Below, piece after piece: positions 10,948 to 18,070 of a DNA stretch of 32,000 nt. Below the pieces are notes generated by a model, which was not told where the DNA came from, searched no databases, and worked only from the letters and a program-made list of their open reading frames with translations. The stretch's first letter is position 1. Every line of letters starts with the position of its first letter. Origin of the DNA: Erysipelothrix larvae (lineage in GTDB: Bacteria; Bacillota_I; Bacilli_A; Erysipelotrichales; Erysipelotrichaceae). Location: NCBI RefSeq assembly GCF_001545095.1, contig NZ_CP013213.1, positions 1,320,001 through 1,352,000 of the forward strand. The letters are read 5' to 3'. The position numbers and the translations under genes are program-made.

Positions 10948-11070
10948 GGAAATTTCCTCCTATTCCGTTGTCCATTCAAATGGACCTGCTCCATGCGAAT
11001 TCCCCGTGCTTCTCACTGACCATGACAACGTCTCTCAGTGTGCCGGCAACCTCGCATTTCTTCGCAGTAG
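10948..11070 (-). promoter_or_regulatory. Structured 5' leader of the rpsJ (S10) operon
   Basis: About 120 nt lie between the predicted -10 and the rpsJ ATG. Three pairings are visible by eye: a hairpin GTCCATT-TGA-AATGGAC (10970-10985), CACTGA/TCAGTG (11014-11040), and a long-range TGCGAA/TTCGCA pair (10994-10999 with 11061-11066). An alternative partner TCGCAT sits at 11052-11057. Confidence 0.5.
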
Positions 11071-11077
11071 CTCAATT

Positions 11078-11130
11078 ATTATACACGATATGTGGTAGAT
11101 TGCAATACTTTTTTCAAACTTTTTTCATAG
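11078..11130 (-). promoter_or_regulatory. Sigma-A promoter of the S10 operon with upstream A-tract UP element
   Basis: Minus strand: TTGCAA (11100-11105), 16-nt spacer, TATAAT (11078-11083). ATGAAAAAAGTTTGAAAAAAGTA lies immediately upstream. Confidence 0.7.
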
Positions 11131-11228
11131 GAATAAACAGCCTGTTTGGACCGCATCATTTCCATTTAAAGAGAGGCTGATCTTCATATTCTTTTGCTCA
11201 TCGTAAATGAAGGATAACACCCCTTGTT

Positions 11229-11265
11229 TCAAAGAAAAAAAAGCACAGTGGGTACTGTACTTTTA
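11229..11265 (-). terminator. Rho-independent terminator after the ntdp-like gene
   Basis: Minus strand: AAAAGTACAGTACCCACTGTGCTTTTTTTT. This is a short ACAGT/ACTGT stem followed by a T8 run. There are A/T runs on both sides. Confidence 0.6.
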
Positions 11266-11272
11266 AAATCAT

Positions 11273-11809
11273 TTATGACTCTTCGAAGTTTAAATTGAGA
11301 AATTTTTCAAAATACTCATAAACATTCAAAGAATTAAAGGGTCCCACACCGCTTTTGACTTCATTCACAAGTCGACGTTGCTCATCAACAACTATATCAA
11401 TAATTGACACATCGTATTGCATTTGACGTTGATGATCAATAAATTCATCTTCATCCAGTAGAATATAGTTTCCATCTGGGAATACTTTTACATCCAGGTC
11501 ATAATCAATATTCTTAATTGCTTCCCCATCGTAAATGCTTGGCGTTGCTAAGTTACAATAATAATAGATTCCACGCTTTCGAATCATCGCAATCACATTG
11601 TACCACCGATTCAAATAGAAATAATATACGGCAGGTTCGCGTGTGAACCACCGTCTTCCATCACCTTCAACAACCCAAGTTTTATAAGTAATCGCTACAA
11701 TCATTTCATCGTTAACATCAACGACTGTAGCACATGACCATGTACGATGGAGCGACCCGTCATGTTTATAGCTTTGCACATATACTGCATCACCAATTTT
11801 CGGATTCAT
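11273..11809 (-). CDS. DUF402 / UPF0374 family nucleoside tri-/diphosphate phosphatase (Ntdp/YgaC-like)
   Basis: MNPKIGDAVYVQSYKHDGSLHRTW...YYYCNLATP...IDYDLDVKVFPDG matches my memory of the Firmicutes Ntdp family. The ORF extends to an ATG at 11821 (MCERM...), so the start is ambiguous. Confidence 0.8.
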   Translation of the reverse strand: MNPKIGDAVYVQSYKHDGSLHRTWSCATVVDVNDEMIVAITYKTWVVEGDGRRWFTREPAVYYFYLNRWYNVIAMIRKRGIYYYCNLATPSIYDGEAIKNIDYDLDVKVFPDGNYILLDEDEFIDHQRQMQYDVSIIDIVVDEQRRLVNEVKSGVGPFNSLNVYEYFEKFLNLNFEES

Positions 11810-11928
11810 ACGCTCACACATCCTTATCTACGCCATCTATAATACACAAAGTTAGTAGAAGATTAAATATGATACTAAAATATTCCTCATATATGGTACA
11901 CTATATCAAAGTGAAAAGGATGATAAGA

Positions 11929-12378
11929 ATGGATTATAAATTATTAATTGAACAAGCTCAAAGCTTATGTGAATCAGAACCTGATGCAATTGCGAACATG
12001 GCAAATCTATCCGCATTACTCAATGAAATGATGGCGGACCTAAATTGGGTCGGTTTCTATATATATAAAGAAAACGCCTTGGTTCTCGGACCATTTCAAG
12101 GAAAAGTGGCCTGTACACGCCTACCCCATGGTAAAGGTGTTTGTATGGCTGCACTGGAATCCAATCAAACCCTCAAAGTGGATGATGTGCATGCATTTCC
12201 AGGACATATTGCCTGTGATAGTGCATCAAAAAGTGAACTCGTCGTTCCTATATATAACGATGGTGAACCGTTTGGTGTGTTAGATATTGATGCACCCATA
12301 GAAAATCGTTTCTCACAAGACGACGTAGATGGATTAACATTGCTCATTGAAACAATCAAAAGTTCAATTGTGCTGTGA
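11929..12378 (+). CDS. msrC: GAF-domain free methionine-(R)-sulfoxide reductase (fRMsr/MsrC-like)
   Basis: MDYKLLIEQAQSL...GKVACTRLPHGKGVCMAA...FPGHIACDSASKSELVVPI. Three conserved Cys are in the fRMsr pattern. AAGGA RBS 8 nt upstream of the ATG at 11929. The upstream part of the track ORF (11734-11928) overlaps the divergent gene and promoter region. Confidence 0.82.
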   Translation: MDYKLLIEQAQSLCESEPDAIANMANLSALLNEMMADLNWVGFYIYKENALVLGPFQGKVACTRLPHGKGVCMAALESNQTLKVDDVHAFPGHIACDSASKSELVVPIYNDGEPFGVLDIDAPIENRFSQDDVDGLTLLIETIKSSIVL

Positions 12379-12386
12379 GCATATTA

Positions 12387-12416
12387 GTTGAATATTCAAC
12401 CAATTAATATCATAAT
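12387..12416 (+). promoter_or_regulatory. Promoter with 14-bp perfect palindrome over the -35 (candidate MarR operator)
   Basis: TTGAAT (12388-12393), 17-nt spacer, CATAAT (12411-12416). GTTGAATATTCAAC (12387-12400) is a perfect palindrome. Confidence 0.55.
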
Positions 12417-12447
12417 TAAGTCATAACATAACAGGAGGACTTAACTT

Positions 12448-12999
12448 ATGTTGAAAATTGGTATTGTAATTGCAAGTGTACGTGAAGGACGTAATGGTAA
12501 ACAAGTGGGTGATTGGACCTACAATTATGCAACAACTGAAAAAGCTGAAGAAGCTTCTTATGAATTAGTCGATCTAAAAGACTATGATCTTCCCCTGCTT
12601 GGTCTTCAACCAACTCAAGAACAAGGCGCAGCAATTAAAGCATGGTCAGAAAAAATGGCTTCATTTGATGGCTATGTATTTGTAACACCAGAATACAACC
12701 GTGCATTACCTGGTGCATTCAAAAATGCCCTTGACTACTTACAGCCTGAACTAAACAATAAAGCTGTAGGATATGTTGCTTATGGTGGACTTGGTGGATT
12801 GTCATCCATTCAAACATTGCGTCTCATCAATGCTGAACAAGAACTTGCTTCAGTACGTACAATGGTGACGTTCTCAATTATGGCTGACTTTGTCAACATG
12901 TCAGAGTTTAAACCAAACGATTATCACAAAGACAATGCAAACAAGATGTTTGATCAAGTGATTGCATGGTCTAAAGCACTTAAAACAATTCGAGGATAA
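12448..12999 (+). CDS. NAD(P)H-dependent FMN reductase family oxidoreductase
   Basis: 183 aa, MLKIGIVIASVREGRNGKQV...FVTPEYNRALPGAFKNALDY, the FMN_red signature. GGAGG RBS upstream. Confidence 0.88.
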   Translation: MLKIGIVIASVREGRNGKQVGDWTYNYATTEKAEEASYELVDLKDYDLPLLGLQPTQEQGAAIKAWSEKMASFDGYVFVTPEYNRALPGAFKNALDYLQPELNNKAVGYVAYGGLGGLSSIQTLRLINAEQELASVRTMVTFSIMADFVNMSEFKPNDYHKDNANKMFDQVIAWSKALKTIRG

Positions 13000-13004
13000 A
13001 AGGT

Positions 13005-13442
13005 ATGAACACACATCAAGATGAACTGACAACAATATTTGATGCGCTCCTAGAAATCACAGGGAAAATGAATCAACGTATTGAAAAACAATCCAAAGCA
13101 CTGGGTTATACAGCCAAAGAGTATTTGGTTCTTCTTGATGTGCTCACACATCCTGGTACCAGTCAAAATGCAATGTGCGAACGCCTTGGCATCAAGAAAA
13201 GTGCTGCTTCAAAGCTTCTAAGAAACCTTGAAAGCTCTGGAAAGATTGTCCGTAAGGCTTGCAAGCAAGATAAACGAGAGTCTGAACTCTTTATCGAGCA
13301 GCCTGAACTTTTGGATACATTGTGTAAAGCATCTGCAATTGAAATGACGTTTGAAAATCATGATGATTATGCATGTAAATTAAATTCTATTCATGAATCA
13401 TTAATTGATTTAGATAAAATGCTATGTGGAGATTCCAAATAG
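13005..13442 (+). CDS. MarR family transcriptional regulator
   Basis: 145 aa with a winged-helix region ...YLVLLDVLTHPGTSQNAMCERLGIKKSAASKLLRNLESSGKIVR..DKRE. It starts 5 nt after the FMN reductase stop. Confidence 0.85.
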   Translation: MNTHQDELTTIFDALLEITGKMNQRIEKQSKALGYTAKEYLVLLDVLTHPGTSQNAMCERLGIKKSAASKLLRNLESSGKIVRKACKQDKRESELFIEQPELLDTLCKASAIEMTFENHDDYACKLNSIHESLIDLDKMLCGDSK

Positions 13443-13451
13443 CATTTTTTT
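13417..13451 (+). terminator. Candidate weak intrinsic terminator at the end of marR
   Basis: AAATGCTAT (13417-13425) pairs with ATAGCATTT (13439-13447) around a 13-nt loop. A T-run follows through 13451. The stem is AU-rich. Confidence 0.45.
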
Positions 13452-13461
13452 ATGTCAAATG

Positions 13462-13470
13462 TGATAAAAT
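13462..13470 (+). promoter_or_regulatory. Candidate extended -10 promoter for GNAT-tpx
   Basis: TGaTAAAAT at 13462-13470 with no good -35. It lies just after the candidate terminator and 22 nt before the GNAT ATG. Confidence 0.3.
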
Positions 13471-13491
13471 GAAAGAAAGGAAGTGATACAA

Positions 13492-14004
13492 ATGTTTAAA
13501 CCACTTATTTCAGATCGTTTGATTCTGAGGCCCATTAACAGTGGTGATGCACAAAATGTACTTGAACACTTTAGCGATGATATCGCAATCTACATGTTCC
13601 CCACCCCTTCAAGATCTTTGGAAGAGGCATCCGCTTTTGTAGAAGCGACACTAAAAAATATGCACCTAAACCGTGAGCTCGTTTATGCAATCACACTCAG
13701 GGAATCAAACGCGTTTATTGGCCTTGCTGGACTACATGGTCTAGAATCACAAACCCCAGAACTAGGAGTTTGGACGATAAAATCACAGCATGGTCATCAT
13801 TATGGCCGTGAAGCGATGCAATTGGTTGCGCAAAAAGCAAAATCATTGGGATACACTCAAGTAATCTACCCTGTTGATATCCGTAATATCGCAAGTAAAA
13901 AGATTCCACTCTATTTGAATGGAACACTGACTGATGAAGAGAAAGACGTCAAGACCATTGACGGAAGGAGTCTTAGGATCGAAACCTATACGATACAATT
14001 ATGA
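13492..14004 (+). CDS. GNAT family N-acetyltransferase (RimJ/RimL-like)
   Basis: MFKPLISDRLILRPINSGDAQNVLEHFSD...HHYGREAM. AAGGAAG RBS 8 nt before the ATG at 13492. The track ORF begins at a GTG at 13483 inside that RBS. Confidence 0.8.
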   Translation: MFKPLISDRLILRPINSGDAQNVLEHFSDDIAIYMFPTPSRSLEEASAFVEATLKNMHLNRELVYAITLRESNAFIGLAGLHGLESQTPELGVWTIKSQHGHHYGREAMQLVAQKAKSLGYTQVIYPVDIRNIASKKIPLYLNGTLTDEEKDVKTIDGRSLRIETYTIQL

Positions 14005-14498
14005 AAGAACCAAATAAAACAGAAATCTTTAAAATTCAGTTAAAACTACAAAAAGAACCTTTGGAAATGGGAGCACAAATTCCGGGTCTCCAAAGTTTGA
14101 TGATTGATGATAAACCTTTGGATACTACGCAGTTAGATGCACCTTATATATTAATCAGTACCTTTCCTGGTATTAATACAAAAGTGTGCAGTTTACAAAC
14201 TCAACACATGGTAAAATACTGTGAGGAGCATGGTATCTATCTGTTAAACATTTCTACCGATTCTTATGAAGCGTGTAACAAATGGTGTCTTGCACAAAAT
14301 AAAGACATTAATTTCTACAGTGATCCTGTAGGAATTTATCTTCAAAAACTAGGTTTATATATTCCTTTATTGAAAAAAGCAGCACGGGCTGTGTTGCTCT
14401 TTAATAAAGAGCACAAATTGGTTTATCGTGAAGTCGTGAATCCAATGACACACGAACCTTCCGTACAACTCCTTGATGCGTTTATAAAAGGGCAGTGA
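14001..14498 (+). CDS. Thiol peroxidase (Tpx)-like atypical 2-Cys peroxiredoxin
   Basis: 165 aa. FPGINTKVCSLQT (Cys63) and STDSYEACNKWC (Cys96) resemble the Tpx peroxidatic and resolving Cys contexts. ATGA overlap with the GNAT stop. Confidence 0.7.
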   Translation: MKEPNKTEIFKIQLKLQKEPLEMGAQIPGLQSLMIDDKPLDTTQLDAPYILISTFPGINTKVCSLQTQHMVKYCEEHGIYLLNISTDSYEACNKWCLAQNKDINFYSDPVGIYLQKLGLYIPLLKKAARAVLLFNKEHKLVYREVVNPMTHEPSVQLLDAFIKGQ

Positions 14499-14510
14499 AA
14501 ACTGCCCTTT
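14487..14510. terminator. Perfect 10-bp hairpin with GAAA loop between convergent tpx-like and metI genes
   Basis: AAAGGGCAGT-GAAA-ACTGCCCTTT. It covers the TGA of the + gene (14496-14498) and the TAA of metI (14509-14511). The flanking U-runs are only 3-4 nt. Confidence 0.55.
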
Positions 14511-15210
14511 AGTGTGTAAATTTACGAGATAAAGCATTCCCAATCATTTGGATGACCATAACCATCAGTACCAATACAATGACCGAAACAACAATAATAT
14601 CAGTATAAAACCGACCACGGCCATAACGGATAACAAAGGCACCCAAACCACCACCACCAATAATTCCTGCCATAGCAGTTAAATCAAGCAAACTAATCAA
14701 CGTGATGGTTACCGCACGAATGAGTTGTGGCACACTCTCTTTTAAATAAACTTTTGTAATAATTTTAAACGGTGACAATCCCATTGCTTCTGCAGCTTCA
14801 ATAAGCCCTGGATCCACTGTAGATAATGCCATTTCTACCTGACGAATCACAAATGGTGTACACCCAATTACCATTGGAAGGATTGCACCTTTAACGCCAA
14901 TTGCAGTTCCGACAATAAAGAGCACAAATGGACCAATCGCAACAATCAAAATAAGAAATGGAATGGAGCGCATGATATTCACTGTTTTATCAATGAACTG
15001 ATGGATAAATGCATTGACTTGTGAAATCATAACATGTTCTAAGATGTTTCCTTTTTGCGTTACCACAAGAATTACGCCAAAAATTAGACCAAAGAAAATC
15101 GAAAACACACCTGCCCACGCCATCATTTGAAGTGTTTCAACAATGCTTGTTAAGAATTCAGGCCAATATCTCACGAGATTTGGTAACCATTGATTAATCA
15201 TTTCTTGCAT
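14509..15210 (-). CDS. metI: Methionine ABC transporter permease
   Basis: 233 aa, 5-TM MetI-type permease (…GLSPFKIITKVYLKES.P). GGAGGTG RBS 7 nt before the ATG at 15210. It overlaps the metN stop. Confidence 0.88.
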   Translation of the reverse strand: MQEMINQWLPNLVRYWPEFLTSIVETLQMMAWAGVFSIFFGLIFGVILVVTQKGNILEHVMISQVNAFIHQFIDKTVNIMRSIPFLILIVAIGPFVLFIVGTAIGVKGAILPMVIGCTPFVIRQVEMALSTVDPGLIEAAEAMGLSPFKIITKVYLKESVPQLIRAVTITLISLLDLTAMAGIIGGGGLGAFVIRYGRGRFYTDIIVVSVIVLVLMVMVIQMIGNALSRKFTH

Positions 15211-16234
15211 CTTTCAACACCTCCACTTTCACATTTTGTTCATTTAAATAACGCAAGACTTCGATGCGTTTTTCTTTATTGCCCGTTACCACTACAACCA
15301 GCGATCCCAAGGCAACGTCTTGGATGACTTCAACGTTTCCAAAAATAATGCTCACATCAACATCAATTGCACGAATGCAATGTGCAATGATGGATTCTTT
15401 GGTATTGGATCCATAGAAATCAAGTTGAAGCATCATTTGATCGTGCGCTACATGAACAATATCAACATCACTATCAAGTAATTCCTTAATTTGATTCATG
15501 TTGCTGGTTGTTGCGATGAACTCTTTGGTAATATCTGCTTTAGGATTGGCAAAGACTTCAATGACACGATCAAGCTCTTTTACATAGCCATTCTCCATCA
15601 CTGCAACACGATCACAAATATCTTTGATTACGCCCATTTCATGTGTAATGATAACAATTGTAATTCCCAATTCTTTATTGAGTCTTTTCAACAGTTTTAA
15701 AATGGATTGTGTCGTTTGAGGATCAAGTGCACTGGTAGCTTCATCACACAGTAAAATACCCGGATCATTTGCTAAAGCTCGGGCAATTGCTACCCGTTGT
15801 TTTTGCCCCCCTGATAATTGCGAAGGATAAGCATCCCCTTTATCAGACAATCCAACAATATCTAAGAGTCCCTTAACTTTTAAGTCACGTGCTTCTTTTG
15901 ACATCTTATTATGAAGTGGAAACGCCACATTGTCATGAACGGTTCGTGAGGTCATCAGGTTAAATTGTTGGAAAATCATTCCGATTTTTTCACGTTGAGC
16001 ACGGAGGTCTTTGTTTGATAATTTTGTTAAATCAACATCATTGACATAAACACATCCACTCGTCGGTCTTTCAAGTAAGTTAATACAGCGTACAAGGGTA
16101 CTTTTACCAGCCCCACTGTATCCAATCACACCAAATATCTCACCATCATTGATTGTGAGTGATACATCACGCACTGCATCGACTTGCGTATTTTTTAATT
16201 CAAATCGTTTTGATACATTTTCAAGTCTTATCAA
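15194..16234 (-). CDS. metN: Methionine ABC transporter ATP-binding protein with C-terminal NIL domain
   Basis: Walker A GYSGAGKST, signature LSGGQKQRVAIARAL, Walker B LLCDEATSALD. Probable TTG start at 16234 (MIRLENVSKRF) lies 6 nt after AGAGGTG. The track GTG at 16243 lies inside that RBS. Confidence 0.9.
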   Translation of the reverse strand: MIRLENVSKRFELKNTQVDAVRDVSLTINDGEIFGVIGYSGAGKSTLVRCINLLERPTSGCVYVNDVDLTKLSNKDLRAQREKIGMIFQQFNLMTSRTVHDNVAFPLHNKMSKEARDLKVKGLLDIVGLSDKGDAYPSQLSGGQKQRVAIARALANDPGILLCDEATSALDPQTTQSILKLLKRLNKELGITIVIITHEMGVIKDICDRVAVMENGYVKELDRVIEVFANPKADITKEFIATTSNMNQIKELLDSDVDIVHVAHDQMMLQLDFYGSNTKESIIAHCIRAIDVDVSIIFGNVEVIQDVALGSLVVVVTGNKEKRIEVLRYLNEQNVKVEVLKDARND

Positions 16235-16251
16235 TTCACACACCTCTTTCT

Positions 16252-16514
16252 AAAATAAAAACACGCCTCCCTAAGGATGAGCGTGCTTCTCATGTTACCA
16301 CCTTAATTTATACATACTTCACAGTATATACCTCACAAAGTATTTGACTACTTTAGATGCGATAACGGGCATACCCGAGATTGTCTAATCCTTAAACTCA
16401 ACAATCCTGCTCCAAGGCCATCTTCCGTCATGTTGTGTTTATCTTGTTTCACCAAAACCAAGACTCTCTATAAAACCCTTAACATGCGTACTCTTCTTTT
16501 CATTGCATTTAACT
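16252..16514 (-). promoter_or_regulatory. T-box riboswitch leader (probable Met specifier) with intrinsic terminator
   Basis: Minus strand: AUGCAAUGAAAAGAAGAGUA (K-turn/S-turn 5' side), the AG bulge UAGAGAG, and the distal loop GGUGAAA. The specifier-loop 3' side is GAAGAUGGC. The T-box sequence AAUUAAGGUGGUAACAUGAG is at 16289-16308. The terminator CACGCUC...GAGGCGUG plus UUUUUAUUUU is at 16252-16286. Confidence 0.88.
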
Positions 16515-16520
16515 GTGTAC

Positions 16521-16549
16521 ATTATGTTTGATAAAATGTGTTTTGTCAA
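16521..16549 (-). promoter_or_regulatory. Sigma-A promoter of the T-box-metNI unit
   Basis: Minus strand: TTGACA (16544-16549), 17-nt spacer, CATAAT (16521-16526). Confidence 0.75.
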
Positions 16550-16586
16550 GGTATCACGACTTAATAACTTCATATGGGTAGTAAGT

Positions 16587-17645
16587 TTAGTAATTGAACA
16601 TCCCCTTTGTTTTATTCACAAACCGCACTAACATAAGCATCACAGGGACTTCTGTCAGAACACCTACTGTACAAACTAATACAACAGGCGAGTTCACGCC
16701 GAAGAGTGTGATTGCAACAGCAACTGATAACTCGAAGAAATCGGATGCACCAATTAATGCAGCAGGAGCAGCAACATTGTGTGGTTGTTTTGCGATCTTA
16801 CAACTGCCATATGCAAACAGTGCAGTAATGATATTTTGAAGCACTAATGGAACCGCAATGAGGATTACATGAAGTGGGTTATTAATAATTATATTCCCTT
16901 GGAATGTGAAGATAATGATTAAGGTAGCCAGTAATCCAAACGTTGTGATTGGCTCAAAAAAAGGAATAAATTCATCGGTAAAATATTTAAATCCTTTATG
17001 CTTCACAACGAAATATCGTGTGAGGGCTCCGCCAGTAAGTGGGAATACTACAAATGCAATTACTGATCCAAATAAGACATCCCAAGGTACAACAATATTG
17101 GTTGCATTGAGAAGAAAGGATACAATCGGAACAAACAGAACAATAATCATAAGGTCATTAAGCGCAACTTGAACAAGTGTATGGGCTGGGTCTCCTTTTG
17201 TAAGATGGCTCCATACAAATACCATTGCGGTGCAGGGTGCTGCGCCTAGTAGTACTGCTCCTGCAATATACTGGTAGCCTAAATCACTTGGAATAAACGC
17301 TTGAAATACAAAAAGAAAGAAAAAGGACGCAAGGCCAAACATCAGAAATGGTTTGATAGCCCAACTTGTAAAGCTTGAAATAAGAATCCCTTTATAGTTT
17401 TCTTTGACCGCAAGAATCGATTTAAAATCGACCTTCAACATCATGGGGAAAATCATAATCCAAGTCAAGATAACAATCGGAACTGATGTATTATAAATTT
17501 GAATTTTCTCGATTTCTTGGGCTACTATTGGAAAGAATTTTCCGATAAGAACACCGGTCACCATGCAAAGAAGAACCCATACTGTAAGATATTTTTCAAA
17601 AAAACCAATGTTACGATTGTCTGAGTCTCCGTTTGAATTATTCAT
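16587..17645 (-). CDS. acr3: ACR3 family arsenite efflux transporter
   Basis: 352 aa polytopic protein, ...IGFFEKYLTVWVLLCMVTGVLIGKFFP..., the typical ACR3 N-terminus. Its ATG overlaps the arsC TAA (TAATG). Confidence 0.92.
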   Translation of the reverse strand: MNNSNGDSDNRNIGFFEKYLTVWVLLCMVTGVLIGKFFPIVAQEIEKIQIYNTSVPIVILTWIMIFPMMLKVDFKSILAVKENYKGILISSFTSWAIKPFLMFGLASFFFLFVFQAFIPSDLGYQYIAGAVLLGAAPCTAMVFVWSHLTKGDPAHTLVQVALNDLMIIVLFVPIVSFLLNATNIVVPWDVLFGSVIAFVVFPLTGGALTRYFVVKHKGFKYFTDEFIPFFEPITTFGLLATLIIIFTFQGNIIINNPLHVILIAVPLVLQNIITALFAYGSCKIAKQPHNVAAPAALIGASDFFELSVAVAITLFGVNSPVVLVCTVGVLTEVPVMLMLVRFVNKTKGMFNY

Positions 17646-18070
17646 TAATCCACCTCAATTTCCTTGTCCTTAAGGCGACGCATTAGATCTTTCATCTTTA
17701 GCTCTATTTGATCAATTGTATATTCAAACGCAGCATCAGATTTGCCGCTGGGGTCATCTAAGTTCCAATCTTCGCGATGCTTACAAGGAAGCCAAGGGCA
17801 ATCAACGTTACATCCCATCGTAACAACAATATCTACCGTTGGAATCAAATCCAATGTTTTAGAGGATTGAGTTGTGCTCATATCTATATCATAGCGTGCC
17901 TTAAAAATACGCACAGCATCCGGATTGATTTGATCTTTTTTTTCTGTTCCCGCGGAGTAAGCTTCCATAATATCTGAGTATTTTAATGTTGCAATCGCTT
18001 CTGCAATCTGTGAACGACACGAGTTGTGAACACAAATAAAAGCTACTTTAGGTTTGACACTTTGGTCCAT
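17645..18070 (-). CDS. arsC: Arsenate reductase, LMW-PTP / thioredoxin-coupled type
   Basis: 141 aa. VAFICVHNSCRSQIAEA is the CX5R P-loop, with downstream Cys in TMGCNVDCPWLPC. GAAGGAGGGTG RBS. TAATG overlap with arsR. Confidence 0.93.
   Translation of the reverse strand: MDQSVKPKVAFICVHNSCRSQIAEAIATLKYSDIMEAYSAGTEKKDQINPDAVRIFKARYDIDMSTTQSSKTLDLIPTVDIVVTMGCNVDCPWLPCKHREDWNLDDPSGKSDAAFEYTIDQIELKMKDLMRRLKDKEIEVD

Noticed and set aside
11135-11147. 13-bp palindrome AAACAGcCTGTTT about 30 bp upstream of the S10 promoter -35.
   Set aside because: It is short and AT-rich, and could occur by chance. It has no second copy in the window and matches no known binding-site consensus I can assign.
10898-11180. 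Two + strand ORFs (66 and 79 aa) in the rpsJ upstream region, and a 20-codon minus-strand ORF (MKISLSLNG...).
   Set aside because: They have no RBS and overlap the promoter, leader and rpsJ start. The region is better explained as regulatory RNA and promoter DNA.
11734-11928. N-terminal 65-aa extension of the GAF-domain ORF.
   Set aside because: It overlaps the divergent ntdp-like CDS and the shared promoter region. The homologous protein sequence begins at MDYKLL (ATG 11929), which has a proper AAGGA RBS.
16429-16431. AUGA in the T-box leader, which first looked like a textbook Met specifier codon followed by the conserved A.
   Set aside because: The aligned Stem I architecture places AACAUG(A)CG as the 3' strand of the helix pairing with CGCAUGUU, which is the equivalent of the glyQS UUAAGG/CCUUAA helix. 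It is therefore not in the specifier loop. The loop is the following GAAGAUGGC.
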